DNA of 64,000 nucleotides from Phenylobacterium sp. (GCF_020402505.1 NZ_JADBZL010000023.1:3623-67622); one strand, 5' to 3'. Shown: positions 1 to 9,887, counted from the first letter of the stretch. The notes: generated from the sequence alone by a model not told the origin. Numbers and translations: made by a program.

Positions 1-791
1 AGAAGATCGTCGCAAAGGAAGGCGATATGCTGAATGCCCTCCCCGTTGTAGGCGCGCAGGAACTCTTCGATCTGACCACCGCCCGCCTTTCCCTCCTCGT
101 TGAGCGGAATGCGGATCTTGCCGTCAGGCGCCGTCATCGCCCGGCTTGTCAGGCCCGTATACTCGCCCTTGATGTCGAAATAGCGGATCTCGCGGAAGCC
201 GAAAACGCGCTCATAGAACCCGCCCCAGTGCGCCATACGGCCGCCGTAAACGTTGTGCGTCAGGTGGTCGATGGTGTGGAAGCCCGCCCCTACCGGATGA
301 CGATCGACGCCCGGCAGATAGACGAAGTCGATATCGTAGATGGAGAGGTCGCCTTGCTCCTGGCCCTCGTACCGATCGATCAGATAGATGATGGAGCCGC
401 CAATCCCGCGGATCGCAGGGAGGCGAAGCTCCATGACCCCCGTGCGGCTTTCGACCGGCTCGGCCCCCCGTGCGAGGGCGAGTTCATAGGCCTTGTTGGC
501 GTCCCGGACGCGCCAGCCCATGCCGCAGCAGGAGACGCCGTGCTCCGCGGAGAAATAGGCGGCCGCGCTTCGCGGCTCATAATTGGCGATCAGGTTGATG
601 CCGCCCTGGCGCCACAGCTGGACGTCCTTGGATCGGTGGCGGGCGATCAGGGTGAATCCCATGCATTCGAACACGGGTTCCAGGACGCCCTTTTTCGGAG
701 CGCTGAATTCGATGAACTCGAAGCCATCCAGGCCCAGCGGGTTTTCAAACGCGTCGGCCATCGGCGGCTTCACCTGTTGCTGGTTGCTCAT
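1..791 (-). CDS. hppD: 4-hydroxyphenylpyruvate dioxygenase, 5' part (runs off the window start)
   Basis: Manual minus-strand translation: [22 protein letters not shown]...[22 protein letters not shown]...IDHLTHNV...[30 protein letters not shown]...[18 protein letters not shown]. Start is ATG 791 or ATG 761. Not in the ORF track because it has no stop inside the window. Confidence 0.95.
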   Translation of the reverse strand, partial: MSNQQQVKPPMADAFENPLGLDGFEFIEFSAPKKGVLEPVFECMGFTLIARHRSKDVQLWRQGGINLIANYEPRSAAAYFSAEHGVSCCGMGWRVRDANKAYELALARGAEPVESRTGVMELRLPAIRGIGGSIIYLIDRYEGQEQGDLSIYDIDFVYLPGVDRHPVGAGFHTIDHLTHNVYGGRMAHWGGFYERVFGFREIRYFDIKGEYTGLTSRAMTAPDGKIRIPLNEEGKAGGGQIEEFLRAYNGEGIQHIAFLCDDL

Positions 792-945
792 GGCGCCAGT
801 CTACCGCAACTTCGGTGGCCGTCAGCGTCCATTAGATGACTGAATGGGACAGAGGCGAAGGCTAGACGCCGATGGCCTGCCTGATCGTAGCGGCGCCGGC
901 CTCCAAAGATCGACGATCTCAAGCAACGCGCCCGAACTGCAAAGC

Positions 946-1266
946 CTAACGTGCGCCGATGCGCACAAGGACAGCTCTGGGAATGGCCAGGTCGGCGACC
1001 ACCTGGCGCTGGTCCTTCAGCCCACACGCCTCCCGCTGAATGAAAAAGCTCCAGACGGCGTCGGCCGCCTGACGCAGGAGGACCTCCCGACCGATCTCCG
1101 CAAGCGCCCCGGGATCCTTCAGCCTGGCGAGGGCCGCCTCGGCGCGGGTCCCGGCCCGGCCGAGGGCCGCCGCGGCCTCCGACATCATTTCGGCTTCCAG
1201 CACGCTGAGGCCGGTGTCGCGGCCGGGGACGGAGACCTGTCCAAGGCGGGGAGGACGCAGGCTCAT
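946..1266 (-). CDS. DUF6665-like small alphaproteobacterial protein
   Basis: MSLRPP...LEAEMMSEAAAALGRAG...AADAVWSFFIQREACGL...LAIPRAVLVRIGA. Confidence 0.65.
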   Translation of the reverse strand: MSLRPPRLGQVSVPGRDTGLSVLEAEMMSEAAAALGRAGTRAEAALARLKDPGALAEIGREVLLRQAADAVWSFFIQREACGLKDQRQVVADLAIPRAVLVRIGAR

Positions 1267-1347
1267 GGTGCGGCTCCGGAGAGGGGTTGGTCTCCAGTTA
1301 CAGCAATTTAAGTGGCGCCGCACGTTTCGGGGGCCCATAGGCCGCTC

Positions 1348-1899
1348 ATGGCCTCACCCCCTTTTCGACGTCTTCTTTCCAGAACCGTCGTCCTGTCCGC
1401 CCTCGCCGCCCTCGGCGGAGCGCCAGTGGCGCAGGCCCTGTCCTTCATGCCTGCAAAGGACATCCCCCGCGCCGTCAGCTTCGGCGGGGCCTGCGTCGGC
1501 TGCGACCTGTCCGGGCGGCAGCTGCCAGGCGCCCGGTTCCTGGGGGCCGACTTCTCCGGGTCGTCGCTGATCGGCGCCAATCTCCGCAAGGTGCACTTCA
1601 CCGGGGCCGACTTCAGCGGGTCCGACCTCACCCGCAGCGACCTCACAGGCGCCGCCATCACCGGGGCGGACTTCGATGAGGCCCGTCTGAACGACGCACG
1701 CCTGGACGGCGCCCTTATCCGCGGCGCCAGCTTCAAAGGCGCGGACTTCGACGGAGCCAGCCTCAAGGCCGCCGCCTTCTCCGGCGTCGATCTCAGCAAC
1801 GCCCGCAACCTCAGACAAGAGCAGCTGGACGCCGCGTGTGCGGTCGGGACCGTTCGCCTGCCCCGGGGCCTGACCTTGCGCCCCTGCCCGCAGGACTAA
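1348..1899 (+). CDS. Pentapeptide-repeat protein with N-terminal signal peptide
   Basis: Tandem repeats GADFS/GANLR/GADFD/GASFK, a CVGCDLSG motif and a hydrophobic N-terminus. Confidence 0.85.
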   Translation: MASPPFRRLLSRTVVLSALAALGGAPVAQALSFMPAKDIPRAVSFGGACVGCDLSGRQLPGARFLGADFSGSSLIGANLRKVHFTGADFSGSDLTRSDLTGAAITGADFDEARLNDARLDGALIRGASFKGADFDGASLKAAAFSGVDLSNARNLRQEQLDAACAVGTVRLPRGLTLRPCPQD

Positions 1900-1900
1900 G

Positions 1901-2028
1901 CATCCAAGCTATGAAGGTTGTTCACCCAGGACTGGGCTGAGAGGCTGGGGTCGCGAAGCTCCAACAACTAGCCCGGAAGGTCCGGGATCAACGTCCACAA
2001 GAATGCCCGTCTGACGCCGGCGGTGTCA
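1901..2028 (+). mobile_element. IS481-family left-end remnant
   Basis: gctatgaaggttgttcacc resembles the IS481 left end at 49842. It is followed by atcaacgtccacaagaatgcccgtctgacgccg = (M>I)[10 protein letters not shown], a typical IS481 transposase N-terminus, and then stops. Confidence 0.7.
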
Positions 2029-2820
2029 GACCGCCATGCGCCGAGTGCGGCCCGACGTGGATGTAGTCCAGCCGCCTGCGCTCGATCACGGCCCGGGCGT
2101 CCGACAGGCTGGCGAAGACCTCCGCGTTCAGGCGCCCGTCGCGCAGCTTGCCGTTGAAACTCTCCACGAAGTCGTTCTGCTGCGGCTTGCCCGGCGCAAT
2201 GTAGCGCCAGTCGACGCCGGTGCGGCTGGTCCATTCCAGCATGGCCCGGCTGGTCATCTCCGCGCCGTTGTCGCTGCCGATGGTCGAAGACTTGCCCCGC
2301 CGGCGGATCGGGAGGTCCAGTTCCCGGGCCATGCGATGGCCGCCGATCGAGGCGTCGACGGCCAGGGCTAGGTGTTCGCGTGTGTAGTCATCGACGCTGC
2401 TCAGGATCCGGAAGCGCCGGCCCCAGCTCAGCGTGTCGGTCACGAAGTCCAGGCTCCAGCGCTGGTTAGGTCCGCTCGGCAGGGCCATGGGCGCCCGCGA
2501 GCCGGTCGCGCGCTTGCGGCCGCGCCGGCGCCTTACCGCCAGGCCTTCCTCCCGGTAGAGCCGGAAGAGCTTCTTCTTGTTCATGCTGACGCCTTCACGT
2601 TCGAGCAGGATGCCAAGCCGCCGATAGCCGAAGCGGCGGTGTTCCGCCGCCAGGCTCCGCAGCCGCTCACGCACCTCCGAGTCGCCCGGCTGGGCTACGC
2701 GGCGCACCGTCTTCGGATCGACCTGGACCAGCCCGCAGGCGCGCCTCTGCGAGAAACCGCGCTCCGCCATCAGGCGGAGCACAGCCTCCCGGCGCGCTGC
2801 AGGCCCGATCAGTTTTTTCC
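1988..2820 (-). pseudogene. IS3 transposase OrfB (rve/DDE), drifted and 3'-truncated
   Basis: [17 protein letters not shown] and [19 protein letters not shown] motifs. Several usually conserved residues are substituted and the right IR is absent. Confidence 0.8.
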
Positions 2821-3133
2821 CAGGAGGTCCTTCAGCGCCGACACGTCCAGCATCGACTCCGCCAGCAGCTTCTTCAGCCGCCGGTTCTCGTCCTCCAGCG
2901 TCTTCAGCTTCTGCGCGTCCGACACGCTCATGCCTCTGTACTTCGCATTCCAGCGATAGAACGTCTGCTCGCTGATCCCGTGCCGACGGCACACATCCGC
3001 CGTCGGGCTACCGGCCTCCTGCTCCCACAGCACGCCGATGATCTGCGCCTCGTCGAACCAGCTCTTCTTCATGTCCGTCTCCTCTGTGGACGGACTCTCA
3101 CTCAAATCGAGCGATCAGAAGGGGGGCAGGTCA
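2029..3133 (-). mobile_element. IS3-family element (IS407-like), right end missing
   Basis: Left end TGACCTGCCCCCC at 3133. orfA/orfB overlap at a GAAAAAAC frameshift site near 2815. The 3' end is fused to the IS481 remnant. Confidence 0.9.
2809..3072 (-). CDS. IS3 transposase OrfA (HTH)
   Basis: [15 protein letters not shown]...[16 protein letters not shown]...[18 protein letters not shown]. Confidence 0.9.
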   Translation of the reverse strand: MKKSWFDEAQIIGVLWEQEAGSPTADVCRRHGISEQTFYRWNAKYRGMSVSDAQKLKTLEDENRRLKKLLAESMLDVSALKDLLGKN

Positions 3134-3380
3134 TGGGTCGACCTCGACAGCGCCCACGTCAATCGTCAGACCGCCACCGCTCTCGGTTCTCAGTCGCCCG
3201 CCTGGCCGGTCCTGCACCTCGAGCACCCTAACCCGCGCGCCTGCAGCCTGTAGGGTCAGGGCGGCCGACAGCCCCGGCGAGACCGGCGCCGAACACAATC
3301 ACATCATGCCGAGCCTGAGACCTTGCCCGATCCGCAAACGTCGCAGCCAGGCCAGTCGCAAGCAGTGCCCGGCGGTCCAT
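3134..3380 (-). pseudogene. Tat-signal flavin amine-oxidase-like oxidoreductase, frameshifted and cut by IS3
   Basis: MDRRALLATGLAATFADRARSQARHDVIVFGAGLAG, then one extra G, then [29 protein letters not shown]...TIDVGAVEV. This is a GxGxxG Rossmann start plus the GGR motif. ATG lies 2 nt after the upstream stop. Confidence 0.75.
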
Positions 3381-3381
3381 C

Positions 3382-4095
3382 TCAACGATCCAGCGCGATC
3401 AGTTCGTACCAGGTCTGCATGTAGCCGCCGACGCCGCCTTGAAGCATGATCGCGTCGGCATCGTCGGTGATCCAGACATCATAGGGCGGATGCTGACCCG
3501 CCATCCCCGAGCTGCCGTCATCGATAAACTGGAAGTGCTTCGTGGCAAAGGTCCCGGCCTTGACCGTCACCGTCTCGCGGCCGAGGAAGACGGCGTCGAT
3601 ATTGACCTCAGCGATGATGGGCGGGGTCGCGCCCCGGTGGTCGGGGCTTGGCAGCATGACCCGCAGTTTCTTCTTCTCGCCCTCGACCCAGTCAAACAGG
3701 CTCAGCAGATAGCCATCCGCCACGACAGGATGGGTGCCCATCCCGTCGATGGGACCGTTCAACGGCATGCGCTGGGAAAGACGGCCGATAGTGGGGCCGT
3801 AGCTCTCGCACTCGACAAAGTCTTGGGTGAAACGGAACCAACCTGATCCCATGAAGCGGTCGTCGACCGTGAGGCGAACATGACAATCCATGGGACGACC
3901 GTGCTCGTCCAGCGAGTAAACGATGTCGCGAAGCACGCTGGGATGCGGTTCCTCGATCTCACAGTGGGCGCGGAGCGTTCGCTTGCCGTCAGTGTGATGC
4001 GTGAAGCGGAAATGCTCGATGCCTCGCGGCTGATCGAGGCGATCCGGCTTCCTGGAGGTGTAGAGGATGGTGCCTGTGATGGAGCGGTGCTTCAC
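3382..4095 (-). CDS. Conserved hypothetical protein, predicted beta-rich
   Basis: 237-aa ORF coupled to the ALDH stop (TGA/GTG overlap), with normal protein-like composition. Confidence 0.75.
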   Translation of the reverse strand: MKHRSITGTILYTSRKPDRLDQPRGIEHFRFTHHTDGKRTLRAHCEIEEPHPSVLRDIVYSLDEHGRPMDCHVRLTVDDRFMGSGWFRFTQDFVECESYGPTIGRLSQRMPLNGPIDGMGTHPVVADGYLLSLFDWVEGEKKKLRVMLPSPDHRGATPPIIAEVNIDAVFLGRETVTVKAGTFATKHFQFIDDGSSGMAGQHPPYDVWITDDADAIMLQGGVGGYMQTWYELIALDR

Positions 4096-5519
4096 GTCAA
4101 TCCCTCTTCGGAAAAGGCCCCCAGCGGAACGGGTGGGGCGGTGTTGGCGATAAGGGCCTGGCGACGCAGGAACCGTCGATATCCATCCTCACCCATCCGG
4201 GAGGGGCCGAGACCTGAGCTCTTGAAACCCTGCTTCGCGGCTTCGAAGAAGATGGAGGTCAGGGCCGCGTCATTCAGACTTATGGCCCCAACCAGCAGCC
4301 GGCGCCCGATGGTCTCGGCTTCGTCCAGAGAGGCGGCGAAGACTGCGCCGGAGAGCCCATACTCCCCGTCGTTGGCCATCAACACAGCCTCGTCCAAGGT
4401 GTCAAAGGCGACGACGGGCAGAATGGGACCAAACGTCTCGTCCCGCATGACCAGCATGTCAGGAGTGACGCCGGTGAGAACCGTGGGGCGCAGCCAGCGA
4501 CCGCCGCCGTGGGTCTCGATCTCGCCGCCGGTCAGGACGCGGGCCCCCTTGTCGCGCGCATCGGCGATCTGGGTAGCCAGGATGTCTGCCTGGCGGTCAA
4601 AGATGATCGGACCTATCTCACCGAAAGCGATGTCGGGCCAGTTCAGGCGGGTGGCCTCGGCCTTCTGGACCAGACGAGCAAGGAAGGCGTCATGGATGGG
4701 TCGGGCGACATAGATGCGCTCTATCGACTGGCACGCTTGCCCCGTAGACAGAACAGAGCCGCGCAGCGCGGCGTCGGTCGCAGCCTCCAGATCTGCTCCC
4801 TGCAGAACGATCAGCGGGTCCTTGCCGCCGAGCTCAAGAAAGGCGGGGATCAGTCGCCCGGCGGCCTGGACGGCGACCTTGCGCCCTGTCGCGACCGAGC
4901 CGGTGAAACAGACGCAGTCGGCGGCGTCGACCACCGCCTGCCCTGTGATCCCATCGCCAGTGACGACGGCGAAGACGGCTGCGAGATCGGGCACCTCGGC
5001 GAGGGCAGCGATCACAGGGGCCACGAAACGGGGTGTCACCTCGGACGGCTTCATCAAGACAGCACAACCTGCCAGCAGCGCCGGGACAGCGTCAATCATG
5101 CCGAGCAGCAGGGGGAAGTTCCAAGGACTGACCACGCCGACCAGGGGATAGGCTTTCCAGGCGGTGATGTGGCGCACGGACGGAAGGCCTCGACCCTGCA
5201 CCCAAGCCGGCGGGGCGTCGGCAGCGATGACTCGGGCCCAGCCTTCGATCGAGCCGACGACGCTGTCTATCTCCAGTCGGGCGATACGGCGGCGACCCGT
5301 ATCGGTTTCCAGCGCGGCGCCGATGGGTTCGGCGTGGCGGCGGAGCGCCTGACCGAACGCGCGCAGCACCTCCAAGCGGGAGATGGCTCCTCTGGCCTCC
5401 CAGGTGGCCTGTCCATCGCGCAGGCGTGCGGCGACATCGCCGACCTCGGGCGGGTCAAGCGCCTTTCCGCGCCAGTCGTGGACGCCAGTTCTCGGGTTGC
5501 GAGCGGTGAAATCCCTCAC
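4092..5519 (-). CDS. Aldehyde dehydrogenase family protein
   Basis: SPWNFP, FTGS, LELGGKDP, catalytic GQACQS and ETFGP motifs. Confidence 0.92.
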   Translation of the reverse strand: MRDFTARNPRTGVHDWRGKALDPPEVGDVAARLRDGQATWEARGAISRLEVLRAFGQALRRHAEPIGAALETDTGRRRIARLEIDSVVGSIEGWARVIAADAPPAWVQGRGLPSVRHITAWKAYPLVGVVSPWNFPLLLGMIDAVPALLAGCAVLMKPSEVTPRFVAPVIAALAEVPDLAAVFAVVTGDGITGQAVVDAADCVCFTGSVATGRKVAVQAAGRLIPAFLELGGKDPLIVLQGADLEAATDAALRGSVLSTGQACQSIERIYVARPIHDAFLARLVQKAEATRLNWPDIAFGEIGPIIFDRQADILATQIADARDKGARVLTGGEIETHGGGRWLRPTVLTGVTPDMLVMRDETFGPILPVVAFDTLDEAVLMANDGEYGLSGAVFAASLDEAETIGRRLLVGAISLNDAALTSIFFEAAKQGFKSSGLGPSRMGEDGYRRFLRRQALIANTAPPVPLGAFSEEGLT

Positions 5520-7102
5520 AGGCCCAACACGCCGGGATTCATCCGATGGGTCGGGTCAAGATCGGCCTTGATCGCATCGATCAGCCGGCGACTGCCCTCA
5601 TCCAGATTGTCGCGCCAAGGATAGGTCCGTCCGATCTGGAAGTGAGCGGCGCCAACTTCATTGAAGGCGTCAATGACGGCGGTGCGGGCCTCGGCGATCA
5701 GCGCAGTGACCTCAGGGTTCTCGCCATGGCGAGGCAGTTTCGACAGGACGTGAGGTTCAACCGTCGCCTCATGCAGGGCGCGACGCTCTTCCGGCCAAAC
5801 AAAAACGGGCTCGATCAGGAGGGCGTTGGTCGAGAGCGCCGTCAACATCATGCCGGTCTGAACCCTTCCCGCCTCGAATCGGGGCCTCAGCGCCTCGAAC
5901 CGGGCCATGATGGCGCGATAGGCGGCCTGGCCGTCCTGCAAGGCGACGAGGCCATGAACAGGCACCCAGCGCTCGCCGTCAGGGCCCAGCACATTGTTTA
6001 GCGGCGTGAAGGGGCTAACCCTGACGACGCGCGGGACCGACGCTTCGACCTCGCGTCCACCCAGACCCAGGCAGATGCGGCGCGCCTCAACCAGATCGGC
6101 CTCGGCCCCGGCGGCGGAGCGGGCCTCGGCCGTCAGATGGATCGACCAATCATCGGCGCCGAGGAAACCCCGCCCAGCAACCGCCGTTCGGGCGGCGGCC
6201 GCCATGCCCTTGAAAAGATCGCCTCCAGACGTCGCGATGGCCCCCAGCGCCTTGACCCCCTGAAGGAGTGACGCCCGCTTCAGTCGCATCGCAGACAGAG
6301 ACGGATCGAATCCGAACATATCAGCCGCAACGCCGGCTCGGCTGATCTCGGCCGTCGCCGACAGCGCCTTGTCTGCTGTGTCAAAAGCGAAGGAGCCGTG
6401 CGCCTCGTGCGCCGGCGTCCGCATGAGCCGGAGTGTGATCTCGGCCTTGACTCCGAGCGCGCCGCAGTCACCGCAGAACAGGCCGGTCAGGTCAGGGCCA
6501 TAGTGACGGTAGAAGGCCCTGCCGTCGGCCTTGCGGCGAGCGCCGGTCGCGATGAGCCGCCCGTCGGCGAGGGCGACTGTCAGGCCGACCACGCTTTCGG
6601 ACGTCGTGCCCCAGTGGCCAGCACCGAAGACGGCGTTCAGCTGGGACAGTCCGCCGCCGATCGTCGACGACACGCCGGACAGAGGGCCCCAGAAGGGCGT
6701 CCGCAGGCCATGCGGCCTCAGGGTTTCGTGCAGGGTCTTCCAGGTACAACCGGCCTCGACCGTGACCGTCATGGCCTCGGGATCGACGTGCAGCACCCGA
6801 TCCATCCGCGACAAGTCGATCAATGCGAGCGGACCAGCGTCCGAGGCATAGCCGCCGGTGTAGCTCATGCCACCGCCGCGCGGGGCCACGGGCAGGTTCA
6901 ACCGCGCTGTTTCAGCAAGGGCCCGCGACAGGCCAGCTGTGTCTGCCGGACGGAGAATCACGACCGGACGACGACAGATCTTCCAGATGTCCTGGCCGTA
7001 GAGCTCCAGCAGGGCCGGATCGGTTGAGACGACCTCGGGGCTCAGCGCGGCCCGGAGAGAGTCGGCGGGCAAAGTGCGGGACAGGTCGTCGGCGGTGCTC
7101 AT
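5516..7102 (-). CDS. FAD-binding oxidoreductase (VAO/PCMH/D-lactate dehydrogenase-like, FAD_binding_4)
   Basis: PRGGGMSYTGGY, TVEAGCTW, STIGGGLS, DLTGLFCGDCGALGVKAEITL and C-terminal DPTHRMNPG. Confidence 0.88.
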   Translation of the reverse strand: MSTADDLSRTLPADSLRAALSPEVVSTDPALLELYGQDIWKICRRPVVILRPADTAGLSRALAETARLNLPVAPRGGGMSYTGGYASDAGPLALIDLSRMDRVLHVDPEAMTVTVEAGCTWKTLHETLRPHGLRTPFWGPLSGVSSTIGGGLSQLNAVFGAGHWGTTSESVVGLTVALADGRLIATGARRKADGRAFYRHYGPDLTGLFCGDCGALGVKAEITLRLMRTPAHEAHGSFAFDTADKALSATAEISRAGVAADMFGFDPSLSAMRLKRASLLQGVKALGAIATSGGDLFKGMAAAARTAVAGRGFLGADDWSIHLTAEARSAAGAEADLVEARRICLGLGGREVEASVPRVVRVSPFTPLNNVLGPDGERWVPVHGLVALQDGQAAYRAIMARFEALRPRFEAGRVQTGMMLTALSTNALLIEPVFVWPEERRALHEATVEPHVLSKLPRHGENPEVTALIAEARTAVIDAFNEVGAAHFQIGRTYPWRDNLDEGSRRLIDAIKADLDPTHRMNPGVLGL

Positions 7103-7749
7103 TGGGGCTTCCACAAACCCAGCAGGGCCGCCGCAAGCAGCAGCAGCCAGATGAAGAGAACGGCAGGGCGCGTCGCGGCGAGCGAGCGGGCGATACGTGT
7201 GTCGGCGTCGGTCTGTCCAGCCGCGAGCGCACCCAGCGCCGGACCGAGGTCAGCAGTGAGGCGGCGGACAAACAAGCCGGTGAGGACGCATCCGGCGAGG
7301 ATGAGGAGCTTGAGGTTCACAAACAGCGGCCAACCCATGACCCCTGCAAGCCCCGCCACGCCGCCCGCGCCGAGACCGGCTGCGACGACCCAACGCAAGC
7401 CAAGATCAATCTGGCGCAGGCTCGACCCGGGTGCGGCGTGGTCCAGATGAATTCGCCAGGCGACGAACAGCCAGATAAGGCTCGCGACGCATGAGACCGC
7501 GATCCACACCAGATCGACCGCGACCCACCCCCGCGCGGCCGCCAGGGCGAATCCGGTTGGAAACGCCAGGATGAGTGCCGTGCGAGGGGCCATGTCGACG
7601 TCGCCCAGCAAACGGGCCGCTCCTAGCCTCGCCGCCCGGTCATTGGCGGGATTGGCGATCAGGAAAGATGCGACGAACGCACCCAGATCGCCACCCAGCC
7701 AATAGACCAGGATCAGAACGTGCAGCAGCAGGAGAAGCGCGTCGGCCAA
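7099..7749 (-). CDS. Uncharacterised integral membrane protein
   Basis: Several hydrophobic helices, LHVLILVYWLGGDLG motif and C-terminal LWKPQ. TTG start with an aggag SD upstream. Confidence 0.75.
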   Translation of the reverse strand: MADALLLLLHVLILVYWLGGDLGAFVASFLIANPANDRAARLGAARLLGDVDMAPRTALILAFPTGFALAAARGWVAVDLVWIAVSCVASLIWLFVAWRIHLDHAAPGSSLRQIDLGLRWVVAAGLGAGGVAGLAGVMGWPLFVNLKLLILAGCVLTGLFVRRLTADLGPALGALAAGQTDADTRIARSLAATRPAVLFIWLLLLAAALLGLWKPQ

Positions 7750-7761
7750 GGAGTCATCCTC

Positions 7762-7785
7762 AAATGATATAACTCTATATCATTT
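7762..7785. promoter_or_regulatory. Operator motif A (perfect palindrome)
   Basis: AAATGATATA-ACTC-TATATCATTT, 13 bp upstream of the leftward operon. Confidence 0.85.
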
Positions 7786-7818
7786 GAGGACGACGCTGTT
7801 GGCAAGCCCAAAGGGCGG

Positions 7819-8610
7819 TCAGGTCCAGCCTTCGGCCCCCGACTTGCGCCGAGACGTCATGTGGTACTGGAACCGGTCTGGGCGGTAGTGGCCGACGATC
7901 ATCTGAACGGGGCGGCCGTCTGCGCCGATCATGATCCGCTCTATCTTCAGGACGGGCGATCCCGACGGCACGTCCAGACAGGCCGAAACGGTGGGCGAGG
8001 CCGCGCCCGCCGTAATCCACTGTTCAGCCTCCACGGCCTCGGCTCCAGCGCGTTCGAGCAGCGTCAGAAGAGGCGTCGTGCGCAGTTCATCAATCGGAAA
8101 GCGCGCCGCGATGTCGGCTGGAACGAAGGTCGTCAGGTAGGAGAACGGTTCGCCTTGCAGCTTTCGCAGGCGGACGGCCCTCTGAACCGTCGCCCCGGGT
8201 TCAAGCTTCAGTCGCGAGACGACAAGTGCATTGGCTGGCTCGTCCGCCACCTCCAGCAGCTCCACCTCGGTCGTGAGCCCCATCGACCTCAGGGACGAGA
8301 TCAGGGTCTCGAAGGAGCCAGACACCAGCGGGATCACCCCTCCGGTAGACACGATCGTCCCCCGACCTCGATGGCGCGAGACCAGATTGTTGGCGGCCAA
8401 TTCGTTCAACGCCCGTTTGACCGTGATACGCGACACGTCGAAGGCTCGCGCCAGCTCCTGCTCACCAGGCAGGGTCTCGCCATCGGCGTAGACGCCCGAC
8501 TGGATGCGTTCGCGCAGGATCAGATAGACCTGATGATACAACGGCGTGGGCAGGGCCGCGTTCAGAAGTCCCGCGTCGCGAGCCTCGATGTCTGATGCGC
8601 CGTCGGTCAA
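7819..8610 (-). CDS. GntR-family regulator (HutC/UTRA type)
   Basis: PLYHQVYLILRERI...LPGEQELARAFDVSRITVKRALNEL...RHRGRGT wHTH plus UTRA domain. Start uncertain (TTG 8610 or ATG 8661). Confidence 0.92.
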   Translation of the reverse strand: MTDGASDIEARDAGLLNAALPTPLYHQVYLILRERIQSGVYADGETLPGEQELARAFDVSRITVKRALNELAANNLVSRHRGRGTIVSTGGVIPLVSGSFETLISSLRSMGLTTEVELLEVADEPANALVVSRLKLEPGATVQRAVRLRKLQGEPFSYLTTFVPADIAARFPIDELRTTPLLTLLERAGAEAVEAEQWITAGAASPTVSACLDVPSGSPVLKIERIMIGADGRPVQMIVGHYRPDRFQYHMTSRRKSGAEGWT

Positions 8611-8632
8611 ATGACCTATTCCTAAACCAACT
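8609..8632. promoter_or_regulatory. Operator motif A (degenerate)
   Basis: AAATGACCTA-TTCC-TAAACCAACT between the divergent gntR and nitrilase genes. Confidence 0.5.
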
Positions 8633-8673
8633 CCGTCCGCGCTAGGCATAGGACGATCCATACGGAGCGCGCA

Positions 8674-9720
8674 ATGTCCGACCCCTCACCCTACATCGCT
8701 CTGGCCTTGCAGACGAAATGCTTCGCAGTCAACGGCGATGCCGACGCCCGCGCCAGTCGGCCCCGCATGGCGGAGGCGATCCGGCGGATCGGATCCCAGA
8801 TCGCAGCGTCGAAACGCTTCATCGGCCCGGACGTGCGACTGGTCGTCCTGCCGGAGTACTTCCTGACGGGCTTTCCAATGGGGGAACCCACCGCCGTTTG
8901 GTCCGAGAGGGCCTGCCTGGCGCCCGGAGGGCCCGAGTATCGGGCATTGGGGGAGATTGCCCGCGCCAATGACGTCTTCCTGGCCGGCAACGCCTATGAG
9001 ACCGACGAGCATTTTCCGGGCCTCTACTTCCAGTGCAGCTTCGTTGTGGCCCCCGCCGGAGAGGTGGTGCTTAGGTATCGCCGCCTTGTCACCCTGTTCG
9101 GTCCCAGCCCCTATGACGTCTGGGATCAATACTTGGCCAGGTACGGCCTGGATGGCGTCTTCCCCGTTGTCGACACCGAGATCGGTCGACTGGCGGCTAT
9201 CGCGTCGGAAGAGATCCTGTATCCCGAGATCGCCCGCGCCCAAGCCGTGCGCGGCGCCGAGGTGTTCGTCCACTCCTCAAGCGAGATCGCCGCTGCGCTG
9301 ACAACCCCGAAAAACGTCGCCAAACAGGCCCGCGCAATCGAGAACCTGACCTACGTCGTCAGCGCCAACTCGGCGGGCATAGAGGGCATCGCCATCCCCA
9401 GCGCCTCCACCGACGCATCCTCAAAGATCATCGATTTCCGGGGTCAGGTGCTCGCAGAAGCGGGCTATGGCGAGAGCATGGCGAGCTACGCCGAAATCGA
9501 CGTAGGTGATCTGCGTCGCTACCGCCGCCGTCCCGGCATGCCTAACCTCCTGTCGCGCCAGCCCATGCACCTTTGGAGCCAAGCCTACGCCGGCGTGGAC
9601 ATCCAGCCTAGCAACACACTGGTGGACGCGTGGGGAGAGCTGACCGTTCCGAACCCGGCCTTCTATGCCCAGCGTCAGCGAGCTGTGATCGACAAGCTGG
9701 TCGATGCAGGACTGATATAG
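8674..9720 (+). CDS. Nitrilase/carbon-nitrogen hydrolase superfamily protein with an atypical triad
   Basis: VVLPEYF, YRR and EIGRLAAIASEEILYPEIAR...GAEVFVH, AIENLTYVVSAN. Confidence 0.88.
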   Translation: MSDPSPYIALALQTKCFAVNGDADARASRPRMAEAIRRIGSQIAASKRFIGPDVRLVVLPEYFLTGFPMGEPTAVWSERACLAPGGPEYRALGEIARANDVFLAGNAYETDEHFPGLYFQCSFVVAPAGEVVLRYRRLVTLFGPSPYDVWDQYLARYGLDGVFPVVDTEIGRLAAIASEEILYPEIARAQAVRGAEVFVHSSSEIAAALTTPKNVAKQARAIENLTYVVSANSAGIEGIAIPSASTDASSKIIDFRGQVLAEAGYGESMASYAEIDVGDLRRYRRRPGMPNLLSRQPMHLWSQAYAGVDIQPSNTLVDAWGELTVPNPAFYAQRQRAVIDKLVDAGLI

Positions 9721-9839
9721 TCATCGCGAGCTCAACGGCGTTCACCGTGTCGTCATGGTTACGGTTTTTTGACAACCGGAGGCTCTGAACCGCGCCGCTG
9801 CATCGCAGCATTGACGCCTAATCTCGCTAGTCCATAGTC

Positions 9840-9863
9840 AAATGTCTCAAAAGTATATTGTTT
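9840..9863. promoter_or_regulatory. Operator motif A (degenerate)
   Basis: AAATGTCTCA-AAAG-TATATTGTTT upstream of TonB receptor 1. Confidence 0.6.
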
Positions 9864-9887
9864 CGGCAATAGGAGGGGCTGGACCCA

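Noticed and set aside
27-839. 270-aa plus-strand ORF in the track
   Set aside because: It is the antisense shadow of hppD, which reads with clear family motifs on the minus strand.
1348-1899. Pentapeptide protein as a Qnr/MfpA quinolone-resistance factor
   Set aside because: It has a signal peptide and a short repeat tract, like common exported pentapeptide proteins. Nothing specific points to Qnr.
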